This document shows, in pieces, positions 1-9,741 of a DNA stretch of 64,000 bases (positions are counted from its first letter, which is position 1; each line of letters opens with the position of its first letter). Both the position numbers and the translations under genes were made by a program. Under the pieces are notes generated by a model. The model ran no database searches, was not told the origin of the DNA, and saw only the letters and a list, made by a program, of their open reading frames with translations. The DNA is taken from the IMG/VR virus record IMGVR_UViG_3300032007_000074, positions 7,749 to 71,748 of that record. The stretch is one strand, 5' to 3'. The stretch comes from a virus. Its lineage: Duplodnaviria; Caudoviricetes.

Positions 1-203
1 CAGAACGGAGCGATGACGAAGATGACCAGCGGCTCGATGATGATACCGAGAAGGCCGATGGTCATGACCACCCACTTAGCGACCTCGGCGAAGAGGTTCT
101 CTTCGACAACCTTCCCGAAGAAGATGCCACACAGCGCGATGATGGCGATGACGATGACCGCCGTCCAGATAGCGAAACGCTTTACATAAGTTTTCTGTTC
201 CAT
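1..203 (-). CDS. Small two-TM membrane protein, holin candidate (3' end runs off the window)
   Basis: Translated by hand from ATG at 203: MEQKTYVKRFAIWTAVIVIAIIALCGIFFGKVVEENLFAEVAKWVVMTIGLLGIIIEPLVIFVIAPF. It has two hydrophobic helices and lies downstream of the tail-fibre genes. Confidence 0.45.
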   Translation of the reverse strand, partial: MEQKTYVKRFAIWTAVIVIAIIALCGIFFGKVVEENLFAEVAKWVVMTIGLLGIIIEPLVIFVIAPF

Positions 204-222
204 TGTAGTATTGATTTATAGG

Positions 223-3200
223 TTATTCGTCAAAAGGGCTGTTTACATATTCCGGATTAGCATCTTCGGAATGGCAGTAGTTCCACCAAGTGTCCAACTT
301 TGCAGAGTATTCGGCCCAATCCGTGTCCTCAAGGTATTGGTCCAATATTGCTTGGTCTCCGGATTCTGACTCTCCGGGACCAACATAGATTTTTGTCACT
401 TTACTCATTGACGATGCAACAAGAGCAGGAGAGGCCGCAATTCCGGCATAAGAAAGGTGAACGATTACGCCGCTCGGTTGAGCAGAACCCACAATTGCGG
501 TTGTACCACTATTTATTCCTCCGACTTCAATAAATTTAAGATTCGCGGAGCCGCAAAGACTGTTTGCGCAAGAGACATCCCCTCTAACATAAAGACTTTT
601 TATCGCGCTTGAATAAAAAATAGGACGGTTAGCATTAGTCGATGTTGCATTGCCACCTATTACTATTTTTGCAAATGCAAAAAAGCAATAACTATTATCA
701 CTGTGACCGATTATAGAACCAAGCATCTTAAACATTCCTGTTCCATTTCCAACCGCACCTGAGGAACCAGCTCCAGCAAAGGCCGTTACATAAAAAGTAG
801 AAGTTGACAAAATCAAGATATTAGTCAGCCCCGTGCAACCAGTGAAAGCACTTGTTCTAATAGATGTGACAGAGGAAGGGATGATGACGGATGTTAATCT
901 ATCCCACTTATAGCAAGCACCTGCAAAGATCGTTGTGACCGTGTTTGGAAGTACAAGGTCGCGCACTTCCTCGCCGTTGAAATAGACGTAGTGTGGGCCA
1001 GAACTTGAGCCAAACGGGTGAGATGCAGGATAGAATGCTGTCACATTCGGTAGCAACGACATCATTTGATTAAAATCAGAGCAAAAGAGTTTCTTTAATG
1101 CATTACACCCATAAAACCATTGGCTATTCGAGCCATTCAGAGTGAACGTATGATAGTAGTGTAATTCTTCCAAGGATGTACATTGATAGAAAACAGTTGC
1201 AGTTGCTCTATTTTTCAAATTCGCAGGTAAAACAATCTTTGTGATGCTCGACTGGCGGAATGCATTAGTTGTAAACGCCGTAATCCCGGTGAAATGCTGA
1301 AACTCCTCAAATGATGTAATCCCGGTCTTTTGGTAGAAAGTCGTTCCGAGTTGCGCGTTGGTCACCGCCGCCGCATCCGCTACGGTCAATCCAACTCCAT
1401 CGCTTGACCAATTCGCAACGCATATCCTTTCAACCTCCGGGTCGGCGAAGGATATGTAAATCTTTGAAGAGTCGTAGAGCAGATAGAGCGAGGTGTTGAA
1501 CAAGCGGGAGAGCACTTTCTTGATGTTTCCGTCGTAGTCTTCTTGGTGCTCGGTGTCGAGCTGCAGATCCTCAATGTTTCCCGCGGTAAGACCGCCAGCG
1601 GAAACATCTATCGTCCCTTCTATGAACGGCTTGTCCAGGACGGTTGCACCATCGGAGGAAATGCCCTTGTATTGTGCCCCGGCAAGGGACGGTAGCATGT
1701 TTACTGCGAGGCGTTCGGGATCGGTATAGGTTCCGCGCCAAAGAATGCGGATATAGGTCAAGACCTCGGATGCATCGAAAGCACGTGCAAGCATCGCAAA
1801 GGCGTCCACATCAGTATCCTCAATATGGATAGTCTGCACATGGGCGTACCCTTCCACCGTAAGGGAGGACAAGTGCTTTAAGCCACGCAAGACAATCCTC
1901 TGGGTTGCAGCAGGGAGAGAGAGTGTCTCGATCTTGCTTCCTGCGGCAAGGTCAACGGAGGGGACAGAAGATCCTGATAATAATAATGTACGGAGGCGCG
2001 TACAATTCGCAAGGCCGGAGATAGCTGTAACGCTGACCGCATTGCGGGCATCGATGATTTCCAGGCACTTATTATTCGTGAACACGAGGCCGGGGATGTT
2101 CGTCGTCACCTCCTCGGCGTCAGCAGCGCCGATCAGGAATTCGATGAGCTTCGCACCGGTGATCGTAATGTTGCCAATATCCTGGAGGCCCAGTGAAACC
2201 GCCTTGAAGTTTCCCAGCGATGCAAGCCAGTTTGACGCCTGGATGTAGAATGCGGTATTACCGTCGGATGCAGCAGCCAAAGGCGCAGTATTCCCGGGCT
2301 GTGTCCGCCCCCCTGTGATGACAGTTCCTTGGCCGACCAGAAGGGCCGGATACATCCAGATGAGCGGAGTGACTACTGCTGAGAGGGACTGCGGTCGGAA
2401 GGAGATGGTACCGAGGTTCGTGTCCGAATAGTCTCCGAACGGGCCATAGCGGAAAAGGGATAGCATGTACACAGCCCGCCTTTTTACCCAGAGCCTTTCG
2501 CCCGAATAATGGTTGCCCAAGGCTTGAGAGAGCGGAGGTACATTCTGCCCATTGACGAGCCAAGCGATCTCATACTTGAAAGTGCAGTCAACGTTGTACG
2601 CACTCGCAGGGAAGTAGTCCTGGGCATTACCCCAGAAGCACAGACCGATGTACTTAACGAAACCGTCATACGGGTTGTTTGCCGACGAGAGGCGTACCAT
2701 GGCGCTGATCACATTGCGTCCGATGGTGCGAATGCCACTTCCGGCGCCATTGTCGTAATCGTCCCAGTAGCACTCGTGGATGAGATTCCAGAATACCGAA
2801 TTGGAGCCGGCAAAGTAGGGTGTACCGCCCACGGAGTCCTCGAATTCGATCTGGTACGGCTTGGAGTCACGACCAGAGTTGTCGATGTCGAAAATGGTAT
2901 CCAGATCATCCTGTCTCCACTTCCAACGTCCACCGCTGGCCAGAGCTGCCATCTTATACGGGTATGAATTCTTGGCGAAATTGTCCGTGGCGCCGAAGAT
3001 CAGGCAGAATACATAGTGGTAGATGCTGTCGTCCAGGTCGAAATACTCAGCTGCCGAAGCCATGAACCGTGCCCGCCTTTTTGCCTTGAACCATTCATTT
3101 TTCTCCTCCGCAGTGTTCCCTGCAGGGACGCCGTTCTGTGTAGCAAGGCTGATATCCGGCTTATACTTCGCTTCCTTCTCGTCAAAGTAGTAGAGCGTGT

Positions 3201-6200
3201 AGGTCGAGTCCCCTTCGATCCAGAATTGCATATCGGCATAACCGAGCCGGGAGTTGTACTGCCCTTTGCGGAAATTCTCGGCATAGGATTCTCCGGAGAG
3301 ATGGGAATTGATATTTGCCAGTGTAGTGGCTACGTCCGAATCATAATAGGGGTGATCGCTCGTAATCGGGAAGATAAGGGTAGAGTTCTGCCATACAAGG
3401 TTGTAGGCATCCTTGAACTCGTTTGTAGGCGATCCAGAAAGGACGGACCGGACGCTGTCTTGCCCGGAGGCCTTGTCCGTATCATATCCATGGCAGTTGC
3501 CGACTTCCAACCCCGTCAAATAGTTACCTTCCCCCAGGTCGATGGCAAGGCCTTCCTCATTGTAGAAGAAGTTCACATCTTCGGTCCATGGATAAGCGAA
3601 CTTGGCAAGGGGCTGGTTGTGGTCGGTCCCTTCCAGGGAAATGAGGGAGCTCTTCACGGCATCGAAGCCGAAGGTCGGCTTGTCCCCTTTGTCGGGGCCG
3701 ATTGTAAACAGGCCGATGAAGGTGTAGGACTCCTCGCCATTATTGTTGTGGTATTCGAAACCGAAAGCGGGGTACTGGTATACGGCAACCACAGGCCGTG
3801 CTGAGCCGCTGCCATCAGCAAGCGACTGCGCTTCGTTCCGCAAGCCGATCGCATCGTGCAGCTCCGTATAGGCACGGGTTGCGCCGATCTTATGGGACTG
3901 CATGGAGGAGGCCTGGTTGATCTTCGCCGTGATCCGCATGACCGGCGGATGGTTAGTCCCATCGAAGGCAACCGTCTTTGAGGATGAGGAAGGGCCCCAG
4001 CTGTACTGGTACTTGCCTCCCACCTTCGTTCTCTCCGTCACGTAGGAAACAGGCACCTTCTTCGTGTCGTTGGACTTATCAATGCGCCAGCGGACGTTCC
4101 ATCGATAATAATTCATCGATGTCGTGCCCTGTCCCATCGTCTCAACACCTTCAATCTTCCAGTCCCATTCCGGATGTGCCCCGAAGTGCATCTCGAGAGT
4201 GGAACCCCCAGTGGTCTTCTTACCCCAGCCGTTTGCGGCTGACGGAACACCGTTGCCCTCAGCCATGGAGACAATGAAGTAGTTGAATCCATTGTCCCGG
4301 ACAGCCTCGAAGTCCACGTTCGTGCCGCCGGAGTCCAGGACGGAAGCGAATTTCGCATCCATATCATTCCTCTCCGCGACAGTCTGGAGAGAATTGATAT
4401 AATTGGTCTGTATACCGGTATCGGAAAGCGCGACGGGGTAGTGACGGACGAAATAAAGGAACACGTCGCAGTGGTCCGATCCGATTACCAGATCCCCGTT
4501 GAAACCATTCCAGTCGGTAGAACTGCCATAGCTGAAGAGGAAGTTCTTGTTCCCGTTGATATACGCCTTTACGAGCCTGTTCGATCCCTCGTAGTTCGGA
4601 TTAATGGTCAAGGCAAAGTGCACGACCTCGTCGTCGCACAGATTTGTCCCCCTCTGAGTATCGTTCGATGCGTCCGTATCCGCGGAAGAGTGGACGGTGA
4701 TGTTGTTCGGCTTGATCCGGATGCCCCTGAAGCCTGCTGCGGAAGGATTGGGAGAGATTGTAATGACGTTTTCGTCATAGTTGGAGACATTCGCCACCTT
4801 GTAGCACAGTTCGATGGTACAGTTATCTCCGGAAAGAAGGTTGAATGCCGAATGGGGGAGGATCACCTTCGTCTTGGCCGGGATGCGAAGGCACGCACGA
4901 CCGTTATCGTCGGTCGTCCAACCGTCCATCCCGTTCATGAAATCCACCTCCGTCCAGGATGCCGCGAGCTCGGAATCGCCGACCACATTGACAATCTTTT
5001 CCTTGTTGGACTGGCCGTTATTGCGGTTCGCAGCAAGCATGTAGAAATCGTATCCCGTCGTGGGCGGGAAGACGGTTGAGTTGTCAAGCGGGATCTCCGC
5101 ACCGGCTGCCGCGGCTCCCAGCTCGATAGAGAATGCGATGGCGTATCCAGATCCTTCGATACCTGGCCAGAGGGCCTCGTACGTAAGCGTCTGTTCGGTC
5201 CTTGTGGCTACATCTTCCAGGGATGAGGATTCGGTGCTTACGACAGAGCTTCCGTGTTTGTGCTGGAAGGTGACAGTAAGGTCTGCGTAACTTGCGGAAC
5301 CGTCATAGACCGAATAGGCACACACCGGGGAAGAAGAGTAGTTGAAGATCTTGTCCGCGACGTTGTTGATGCATACAAGCTTTGCCGTATCGGTATCCTC
5401 GGCCGCGACAAACATGATCTGGTACTCGACTGGTTCGGACTCCAATGCAGCGGTCGAAACATGGGCCCGCACGGTGTACACGCCGGTGACGAGGTCCAGG
5501 ATAGGGCTTCCGTTCTCGATCTGGAAGAAATAAGGCGTATTGGCATAGGCGTTCGTCGTGCCAATCAACGCGGTGACATCGTCGACGACCTTTGTACCAT
5601 CTGCGCCAAATAAGGACAGATGCAGCGTCTTGCTGCCAGCCCCGGCAATCTTGAATCCGCCCAGGCGATGGGTGGCGCTGTCACTTTCCAGGACGGGAAG
5701 ATACCAAGTATTATTGAACAGCTCGACATAGAGTTCCGCGAGGGTGACGGTATAGACGAGCGCCTGCGAGACGGAACCATCCTCGGCGTCGAACTGGAAC
5801 TTGATTCGGTTCGTCCCGTTAACCAGGAACGAGAATACATCCAGCGATATGGTGGAGCCGGCGGCGTACAGGGCTCTTTCCGTGATGGGCGTATAGGTTC
5901 CGGTCAGCCCGCGGTCGATGAGGACGGTCACATAGCATCCGGTCTGGGTGTCGTTCCAGGAAGGGTCCGTGATGGACTTGGTCTGGACCCTGAAGGTCGT
6001 AGAGAGGGTAAGCGCCCCTGCATTCGTCGCCGTATTGATCTGCGTCGTCCCCGTGTTATTGGTGATATCCACGCGGTAGAGCGTGGATGAGAAGTTCATC
6101 GGGCAGGAGAACACAGGGAGGCCCGTCTGCGACGGGTCGTTGATGAAGCTGTTCCGGTCCTCCTCACTGGCGAAGAAGTACATCGTGTAGTTCGTCGGGT

Positions 6201-6345
6201 CGAAGTAAGCCGCCGACGTTACCTTTCGGAGATACGACTTGATGAACGCCTGCACCGCCGCGCCGTCGAACGGGAGGTTGACGTTAGTGTCGTTGCCCCA
6301 ATCTTCGTCAAGATTCTGTATGCTGTTCGTGCTTGTCTTTGCCAT
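223..6345 (-). CDS. Giant (about 2040 aa) tail-associated/adhesin protein with LamG-like, CotH-kinase-like and BspA/LRR_5-like regions
   Basis: ORF track 223-6369; the likely start is MAKTST at 6345, one base after the upstream stop. CotH-like motifs are GPDKGDKPTFGF, ATDNFAKNSY and DDLDTIFDIDNSG. The C-terminus has FADPEVERICVANW and LRR_5-type repeats (SVIIPSSVTSIRTSAFTGCTGL). Confidence 0.75.
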   Translation of the reverse strand: MAKTSTNSIQNLDEDWGNDTNVNLPFDGAAVQAFIKSYLRKVTSAAYFDPTNYTMYFFASEEDRNSFINDPSQTGLPVFSCPMNFSSTLYRVDITNNTGTTQINTATNAGALTLSTTFRVQTKSITDPSWNDTQTGCYVTVLIDRGLTGTYTPITERALYAAGSTISLDVFSFLVNGTNRIKFQFDAEDGSVSQALVYTVTLAELYVELFNNTWYLPVLESDSATHRLGGFKIAGAGSKTLHLSLFGADGTKVVDDVTALIGTTNAYANTPYFFQIENGSPILDLVTGVYTVRAHVSTAALESEPVEYQIMFVAAEDTDTAKLVCINNVADKIFNYSSSPVCAYSVYDGSASYADLTVTFQHKHGSSVVSTESSSLEDVATRTEQTLTYEALWPGIEGSGYAIAFSIELGAAAAGAEIPLDNSTVFPPTTGYDFYMLAANRNNGQSNKEKIVNVVGDSELAASWTEVDFMNGMDGWTTDDNGRACLRIPAKTKVILPHSAFNLLSGDNCTIELCYKVANVSNYDENVITISPNPSAAGFRGIRIKPNNITVHSSADTDASNDTQRGTNLCDDEVVHFALTINPNYEGSNRLVKAYINGNKNFLFSYGSSTDWNGFNGDLVIGSDHCDVFLYFVRHYPVALSDTGIQTNYINSLQTVAERNDMDAKFASVLDSGGTNVDFEAVRDNGFNYFIVSMAEGNGVPSAANGWGKKTTGGSTLEMHFGAHPEWDWKIEGVETMGQGTTSMNYYRWNVRWRIDKSNDTKKVPVSYVTERTKVGGKYQYSWGPSSSSKTVAFDGTNHPPVMRITAKINQASSMQSHKIGATRAYTELHDAIGLRNEAQSLADGSGSARPVVAVYQYPAFGFEYHNNNGEESYTFIGLFTIGPDKGDKPTFGFDAVKSSLISLEGTDHNQPLAKFAYPWTEDVNFFYNEEGLAIDLGEGNYLTGLEVGNCHGYDTDKASGQDSVRSVLSGSPTNEFKDAYNLVWQNSTLIFPITSDHPYYDSDVATTLANINSHLSGESYAENFRKGQYNSRLGYADMQFWIEGDSTYTLYYFDEKEAKYKPDISLATQNGVPAGNTAEEKNEWFKAKRRARFMASAAEYFDLDDSIYHYVFCLIFGATDNFAKNSYPYKMAALASGGRWKWRQDDLDTIFDIDNSGRDSKPYQIEFEDSVGGTPYFAGSNSVFWNLIHECYWDDYDNGAGSGIRTIGRNVISAMVRLSSANNPYDGFVKYIGLCFWGNAQDYFPASAYNVDCTFKYEIAWLVNGQNVPPLSQALGNHYSGERLWVKRRAVYMLSLFRYGPFGDYSDTNLGTISFRPQSLSAVVTPLIWMYPALLVGQGTVITGGRTQPGNTAPLAAASDGNTAFYIQASNWLASLGNFKAVSLGLQDIGNITITGAKLIEFLIGAADAEEVTTNIPGLVFTNNKCLEIIDARNAVSVTAISGLANCTRLRTLLLSGSSVPSVDLAAGSKIETLSLPAATQRIVLRGLKHLSSLTVEGYAHVQTIHIEDTDVDAFAMLARAFDASEVLTYIRILWRGTYTDPERLAVNMLPSLAGAQYKGISSDGATVLDKPFIEGTIDVSAGGLTAGNIEDLQLDTEHQEDYDGNIKKVLSRLFNTSLYLLYDSSKIYISFADPEVERICVANWSSDGVGLTVADAAAVTNAQLGTTFYQKTGITSFEEFQHFTGITAFTTNAFRQSSITKIVLPANLKNRATATVFYQCTSLEELHYYHTFTLNGSNSQWFYGCNALKKLFCSDFNQMMSLLPNVTAFYPASHPFGSSSGPHYVYFNGEEVRDLVLPNTVTTIFAGACYKWDRLTSVIIPSSVTSIRTSAFTGCTGLTNILILSTSTFYVTAFAGAGSSGAVGNGTGMFKMLGSIIGHSDNSYCFFAFAKIVIGGNATSTNANRPIFYSSAIKSLYVRGDVSCANSLCGSANLKFIEVGGINSGTTAIVGSAQPSGVIVHLSYAGIAASPALVASSMSKVTKIYVGPGESESGDQAILDQYLEDTDWAEYSAKLDTWWNYCHSEDANPEYVNSPFDE

Positions 6346-6346
6346 G

Positions 6347-6520
6347 TCAATTGTTCCTCCATCCGTCATTGTTCAGCCATGGCCTATCGTTTAGCCACGC
6401 ACCGGATCCGTAGCAGGACCGGACGTTCTGCCACTTGAGCCTGAGCCCCCAATAGGCCGCCTGCTTTGAGATAGTCCCTTTGTAGATAGCGGCCGTACCT
6501 CTGCCGAACTTGTATATCAT
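6347..6520 (-). CDS. 57-aa tail-fibre-associated protein (not in ORF track)
   Basis: ATG overlaps the upstream TGA. Translation MIYKFGRGTAAIYKGTISKQAAYWGLRLKWQNVRSCYGSGAWLNDRPWLNNDGWRNN; the stop lies one base before the giant ORF start. Confidence 0.75.
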   Translation of the reverse strand: MIYKFGRGTAAIYKGTISKQAAYWGLRLKWQNVRSCYGSGAWLNDRPWLNNDGWRNN

Positions 6521-6867
6521 GTCTCATCAACGAAATACCTCTTTTTCGGGTCCACCGCCCCTGCCTGGACGAGGGCCTCATACTGCTCAGCGCTCAGGTC
6601 AACATCCCGCGCTTCAACCCATTCTTCAGTAGCGTAGCCGGTGAGGTTGATCTGCGTCGTCCCGATCTGCGTCCATCCGAACCCACCGCTAACGTCCTGG
6701 ACGGTAACATACATATCCTTGATAGTGGGGTCCTGGGAATCAGGGACGAGAAATACCGCCCCCGCAGTGGCGGATGATGCCGCCGGGAGTGCCTGGACGA
6801 GAATGAAACCAATCCCGCCCACCACGGCTCCAGGAGAGCCATAAGGATATATCGTCCTCGTCGCCAT
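6517..6867 (-). CDS. Tail-fibre adaptor-like protein
   Basis: 116 aa, translationally coupled. Its C-terminal motif LSAEQYEALVQAGAVDPKKRYFV resembles phage fibre C-termini. Confidence 0.65.
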   Translation of the reverse strand: MATRTIYPYGSPGAVVGGIGFILVQALPAASSATAGAVFLVPDSQDPTIKDMYVTVQDVSGGFGWTQIGTTQINLTGYATEEWVEARDVDLSAEQYEALVQAGAVDPKKRYFVDET

Positions 6868-7284
6868 TTATCCTTCGATGATCCCGCATTCCCTGAGGGT
6901 CGCAACCTGATCTAGCGTGACATCCCAGGAAGCATCCGTGAAAACATCCAAGGAGACGGGGGTGAGAGAAATATCCACCTCGCGGGAGAATATCTCCTGG
7001 ATGGACTTGTTGGCGTCTTTCCTTGCGGTCAGTAGGTCAAAGTGTTCGACCATGGACTTATTCTCCAGACGGTCTTTTTCCTCGGCCGCAAGTTCGTCCT
7101 TCCAGTCCTCCTGGAATTTGCGGATGATCTCTTCTTTGTCAGCACGAGCATCCTGACAGACCTTCCGGAGTAATAGATGGTTCTTCAGGAGGGTCAGACT
7201 TGCATTCCGGTCTTTCATCTTGGTAAACTTGATCCCGGCGAGGATTCCCGCCAGCTGATCGATTGTGGAGAGTTTGAGCTTCAT
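6868..7284 (-). CDS. Hypothetical helical protein of the tail-fibre region
   Basis: 138-aa ORF abutting both neighbours. Confidence 0.7.
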   Translation of the reverse strand: MKLKLSTIDQLAGILAGIKFTKMKDRNASLTLLKNHLLLRKVCQDARADKEEIIRKFQEDWKDELAAEEKDRLENKSMVEHFDLLTARKDANKSIQEIFSREVDISLTPVSLDVFTDASWDVTLDQVATLRECGIIEG

Positions 7285-7742
7285 TTTTCGATTTCCTCCC
7301 TATTTTCAGTCAATGCATCGGACTCGACAGATTCTCTCGCGTTGAGAATGCGCACACGGATTCCTTCGGCAAAAGAACGGAACCGAAACACCTCGGTTAT
7401 GCAATCTCTTTTCTCATGGAACGTCTTGTCAATATACCTTTCAGTGAAAAACACATAAGAGCCGTCTGCTTTTTTCTTGTATAGTTTCACGAGGAGACGG
7501 ATGTTTTCGTCGCTACCGCTTTCCGAAATGCCCGACAATACAACTTGCACATATTGCAAAGTATCCTTGATGAAAGACTCGAGCGACTCAATCCGCACGG
7601 AGACGTTTTGATTGGCGGAGAATACAACCGGGACGATTGTTACGCCATTCATAGAATCCGGTTTGTGGCTCTTGCTGCGGGCAAAGAGGTACGCCCCAAC
7701 GGCGACCAATGCTAAAATCAAAAAGATGATAAAGATGACCAT
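7281..7742 (-). CDS. Hypothetical protein with an N-terminal hydrophobic anchor
   Basis: 153 aa, begins MVIFIIFLILALVAVGAYLF; overlaps the next gene by 4 nt. Confidence 0.6.
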   Translation of the reverse strand: MVIFIIFLILALVAVGAYLFARSKSHKPDSMNGVTIVPVVFSANQNVSVRIESLESFIKDTLQYVQVVLSGISESGSDENIRLLVKLYKKKADGSYVFFTERYIDKTFHEKRDCITEVFRFRSFAEGIRVRILNARESVESDALTENREEIEK

Positions 7743-7755
7743 AATGTATGCTTGT

Positions 7756-8916
7756 TTAAGATAGTGACGCTGTTGCTGACAGTTTTACCGTATTGTTGGA
7801 ATCCTCGATCTCGACCTTGACGGTCTGAAACCTATTCGTGAGTTCAGGCCAGGACTCAGAATAGACTCTTTGCTGTTGCGAGATGCTCCACGATACAGTC
7901 TTTGTGTCTATAAGTGTCCAAGTGTCCTCCGTTGCACTTGTCTTTCCATATAGTTTGACATAAAAGGTCTGAGTGTACGAGGCAATGTCAGCTGACGAAC
8001 GACCTTGGGCCGAGAAGTCAACACGTTGTCGTTCCCTTATGTTTAGAGAAGTGGAGATGGTCTCATTTGAAAATGAAACGGTATTGTTTGCATCCACTAC
8101 GCGGAAAGTGTATGGTTCGGTTGGAAGAGGGAAAAGATCAAAGTTGACCATATCCGTTACAACGCCCTCACCGGTGGCATTCTCGTTCCCCGTCGACAAG
8201 ATCGGATAGATGGTGAACGTGGAGCCTGCTGCGCTCGTGAAAATGCTCGCAGGGATGTCAAGGATCGACTGCGATGCGCTTCCGATGGAGGTCTCCGATA
8301 CGATGAGCCGGTATGTCGTCCCGGTCACAAGGATGACCCCTAGATATGCATTTGCAAGAGATGTGATTCCAAGGTCAAGATCAGACAGAGAAATCATTTC
8401 ATCCGTGATATCTTGAGCCCAAAGAACGGAAAGAGAAACAGGAGCGGTATTGGCCCCGTAATTTACGTAGTGGTTCGCACTTCCGGAGTAGGAGTTCGTT
8501 CTCTTGTCATCCCCTTCGTAAAAGCACTTTGCCGTTTTTAGATAGCCTTTCCCATGTACCCAACCGTTATCCCACTTGACCCAATCGGAGAAACGATACC
8601 AATCGGTCGTGGTTTTCGGCCTCGCATAGGCATAGTTCGCTGTGTAATTGGACACTATCTGTGAAAGACTGTGCAATGCGACAGGAATGGTGAGCCCCCA
8701 ATGGTTCGCTCTGCGCTCGTCTTCCGTCAGGGGACGCTTGATGGTCGGATGCGATTCCGGCTTGTACTTCGCCCATATATTGATGAACCCATACAAAATG
8801 AGAGCGCCGATATCGTTTTTCGCAAGGCCGACCATGGCTTGTATATCCGCGATGGATACACCGATAGGTGGCGTGACCGAAGTGTCTATGTAGATCCTAT
8901 TTGCCGAGTGTGCCAT
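7756..8916 (-). CDS. Tail-fibre-region structural protein
   Basis: 386 aa with N-terminal INIWAKYKP motif typical of Bacteroidales phage tail proteins; beta-rich. Confidence 0.65.
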   Translation of the reverse strand: MAHSANRIYIDTSVTPPIGVSIADIQAMVGLAKNDIGALILYGFINIWAKYKPESHPTIKRPLTEDERRANHWGLTIPVALHSLSQIVSNYTANYAYARPKTTTDWYRFSDWVKWDNGWVHGKGYLKTAKCFYEGDDKRTNSYSGSANHYVNYGANTAPVSLSVLWAQDITDEMISLSDLDLGITSLANAYLGVILVTGTTYRLIVSETSIGSASQSILDIPASIFTSAAGSTFTIYPILSTGNENATGEGVVTDMVNFDLFPLPTEPYTFRVVDANNTVSFSNETISTSLNIRERQRVDFSAQGRSSADIASYTQTFYVKLYGKTSATEDTWTLIDTKTVSWSISQQQRVYSESWPELTNRFQTVKVEIEDSNNTVKLSATASLS

Positions 8917-8919
8917 GAT

Positions 8920-9741
8920 TTATTCGGTTATGTATGCGTTATCGCAGTTCTTAGCAAACGCTTTCAACTCAAAAAGAGTGAACAGGTATTGGACTGTCTG
9001 GCTTTCCACGCCGGTGTTCTCTCCGTAGAAAGCGTACACTTCCCTCTGATTCCCGTTGCATGAGTGGAAGGACAGAATCTTGTAGAAGTTATCCATCCCG
9101 GTCTGCGTCTGTGGGAGACGCTCCGACGGCGCATCGCTGGCGTAGTCAAGAAACATATTGTAATCAAAAAAGAGGGCGTGACGGAACTCATGAGCGATTG
9201 TGAATCGTATGCGCGGCTCATTCCCGGAAACGAGGTTACTCGTTCTCATGTGTATGGCCCCTTTCACGTCTTCAGTATAGCTTGCACTTGCAGAAGCATC
9301 AAGCAGGAACGAGGGTGTCCAAGACGAATCGAAGCTGTTGATGTTGAACCCAATGCCTATCATCTTTGTCTTGAACTCCTCGAGCAGTCCTTCCAGGAAT
9401 GTGTACTGCGACGAGTAGGATGTCGGGTCAGTTCCCTCCGCATAGCCGAGGGTGTATCGGAACGTACCGAGCGGACAGGTGGTCGCCGTGATGTGGTTCG
9501 ATTCGCTCCCGGCCACAACATAGAACTGATAGGTTGTCTGCGCTGAAAGGTCATAAACCTCCGCCGACCAAGAAGAACTGATGAAGTGAAGGTTGTTGTA
9601 CCTCTGCAAGGATACCGACGAATACGTGGAGTCGGCGCTACGCTTGTAGTACAATGTCCATGATCCAGACGAATACGCAGATGTCGTGAGGACCCTTATG
9701 ATGGCGCAGGTAGCGCCGCACATTACTGCTATCTGCGTCAT
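8920..9741 (-). CDS. FN3-like domain plus HEXXH zincin-like protein
   Basis: 273 aa; YDLSAQTTYQFYVVAG (FN3-like) and TIAHEFRHAL (HEXXH). Confidence 0.55.
   Translation of the reverse strand: MTQIAVMCGATCAIIRVLTTSAYSSGSWTLYYKRSADSTYSSVSLQRYNNLHFISSSWSAEVYDLSAQTTYQFYVVAGSESNHITATTCPLGTFRYTLGYAEGTDPTSYSSQYTFLEGLLEEFKTKMIGIGFNINSFDSSWTPSFLLDASASASYTEDVKGAIHMRTSNLVSGNEPRIRFTIAHEFRHALFFDYNMFLDYASDAPSERLPQTQTGMDNFYKILSFHSCNGNQREVYAFYGENTGVESQTVQYLFTLFELKAFAKNCDNAYITE

Noticed and set aside
223-1400. DGR variable region in the adhesin C-terminus
   Set aside because: No reverse transcriptase or template repeat was seen in the window, and the codons I checked do not show the NNY pattern of adenine mutagenesis. 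It cannot be excluded for sequence beyond the left edge.
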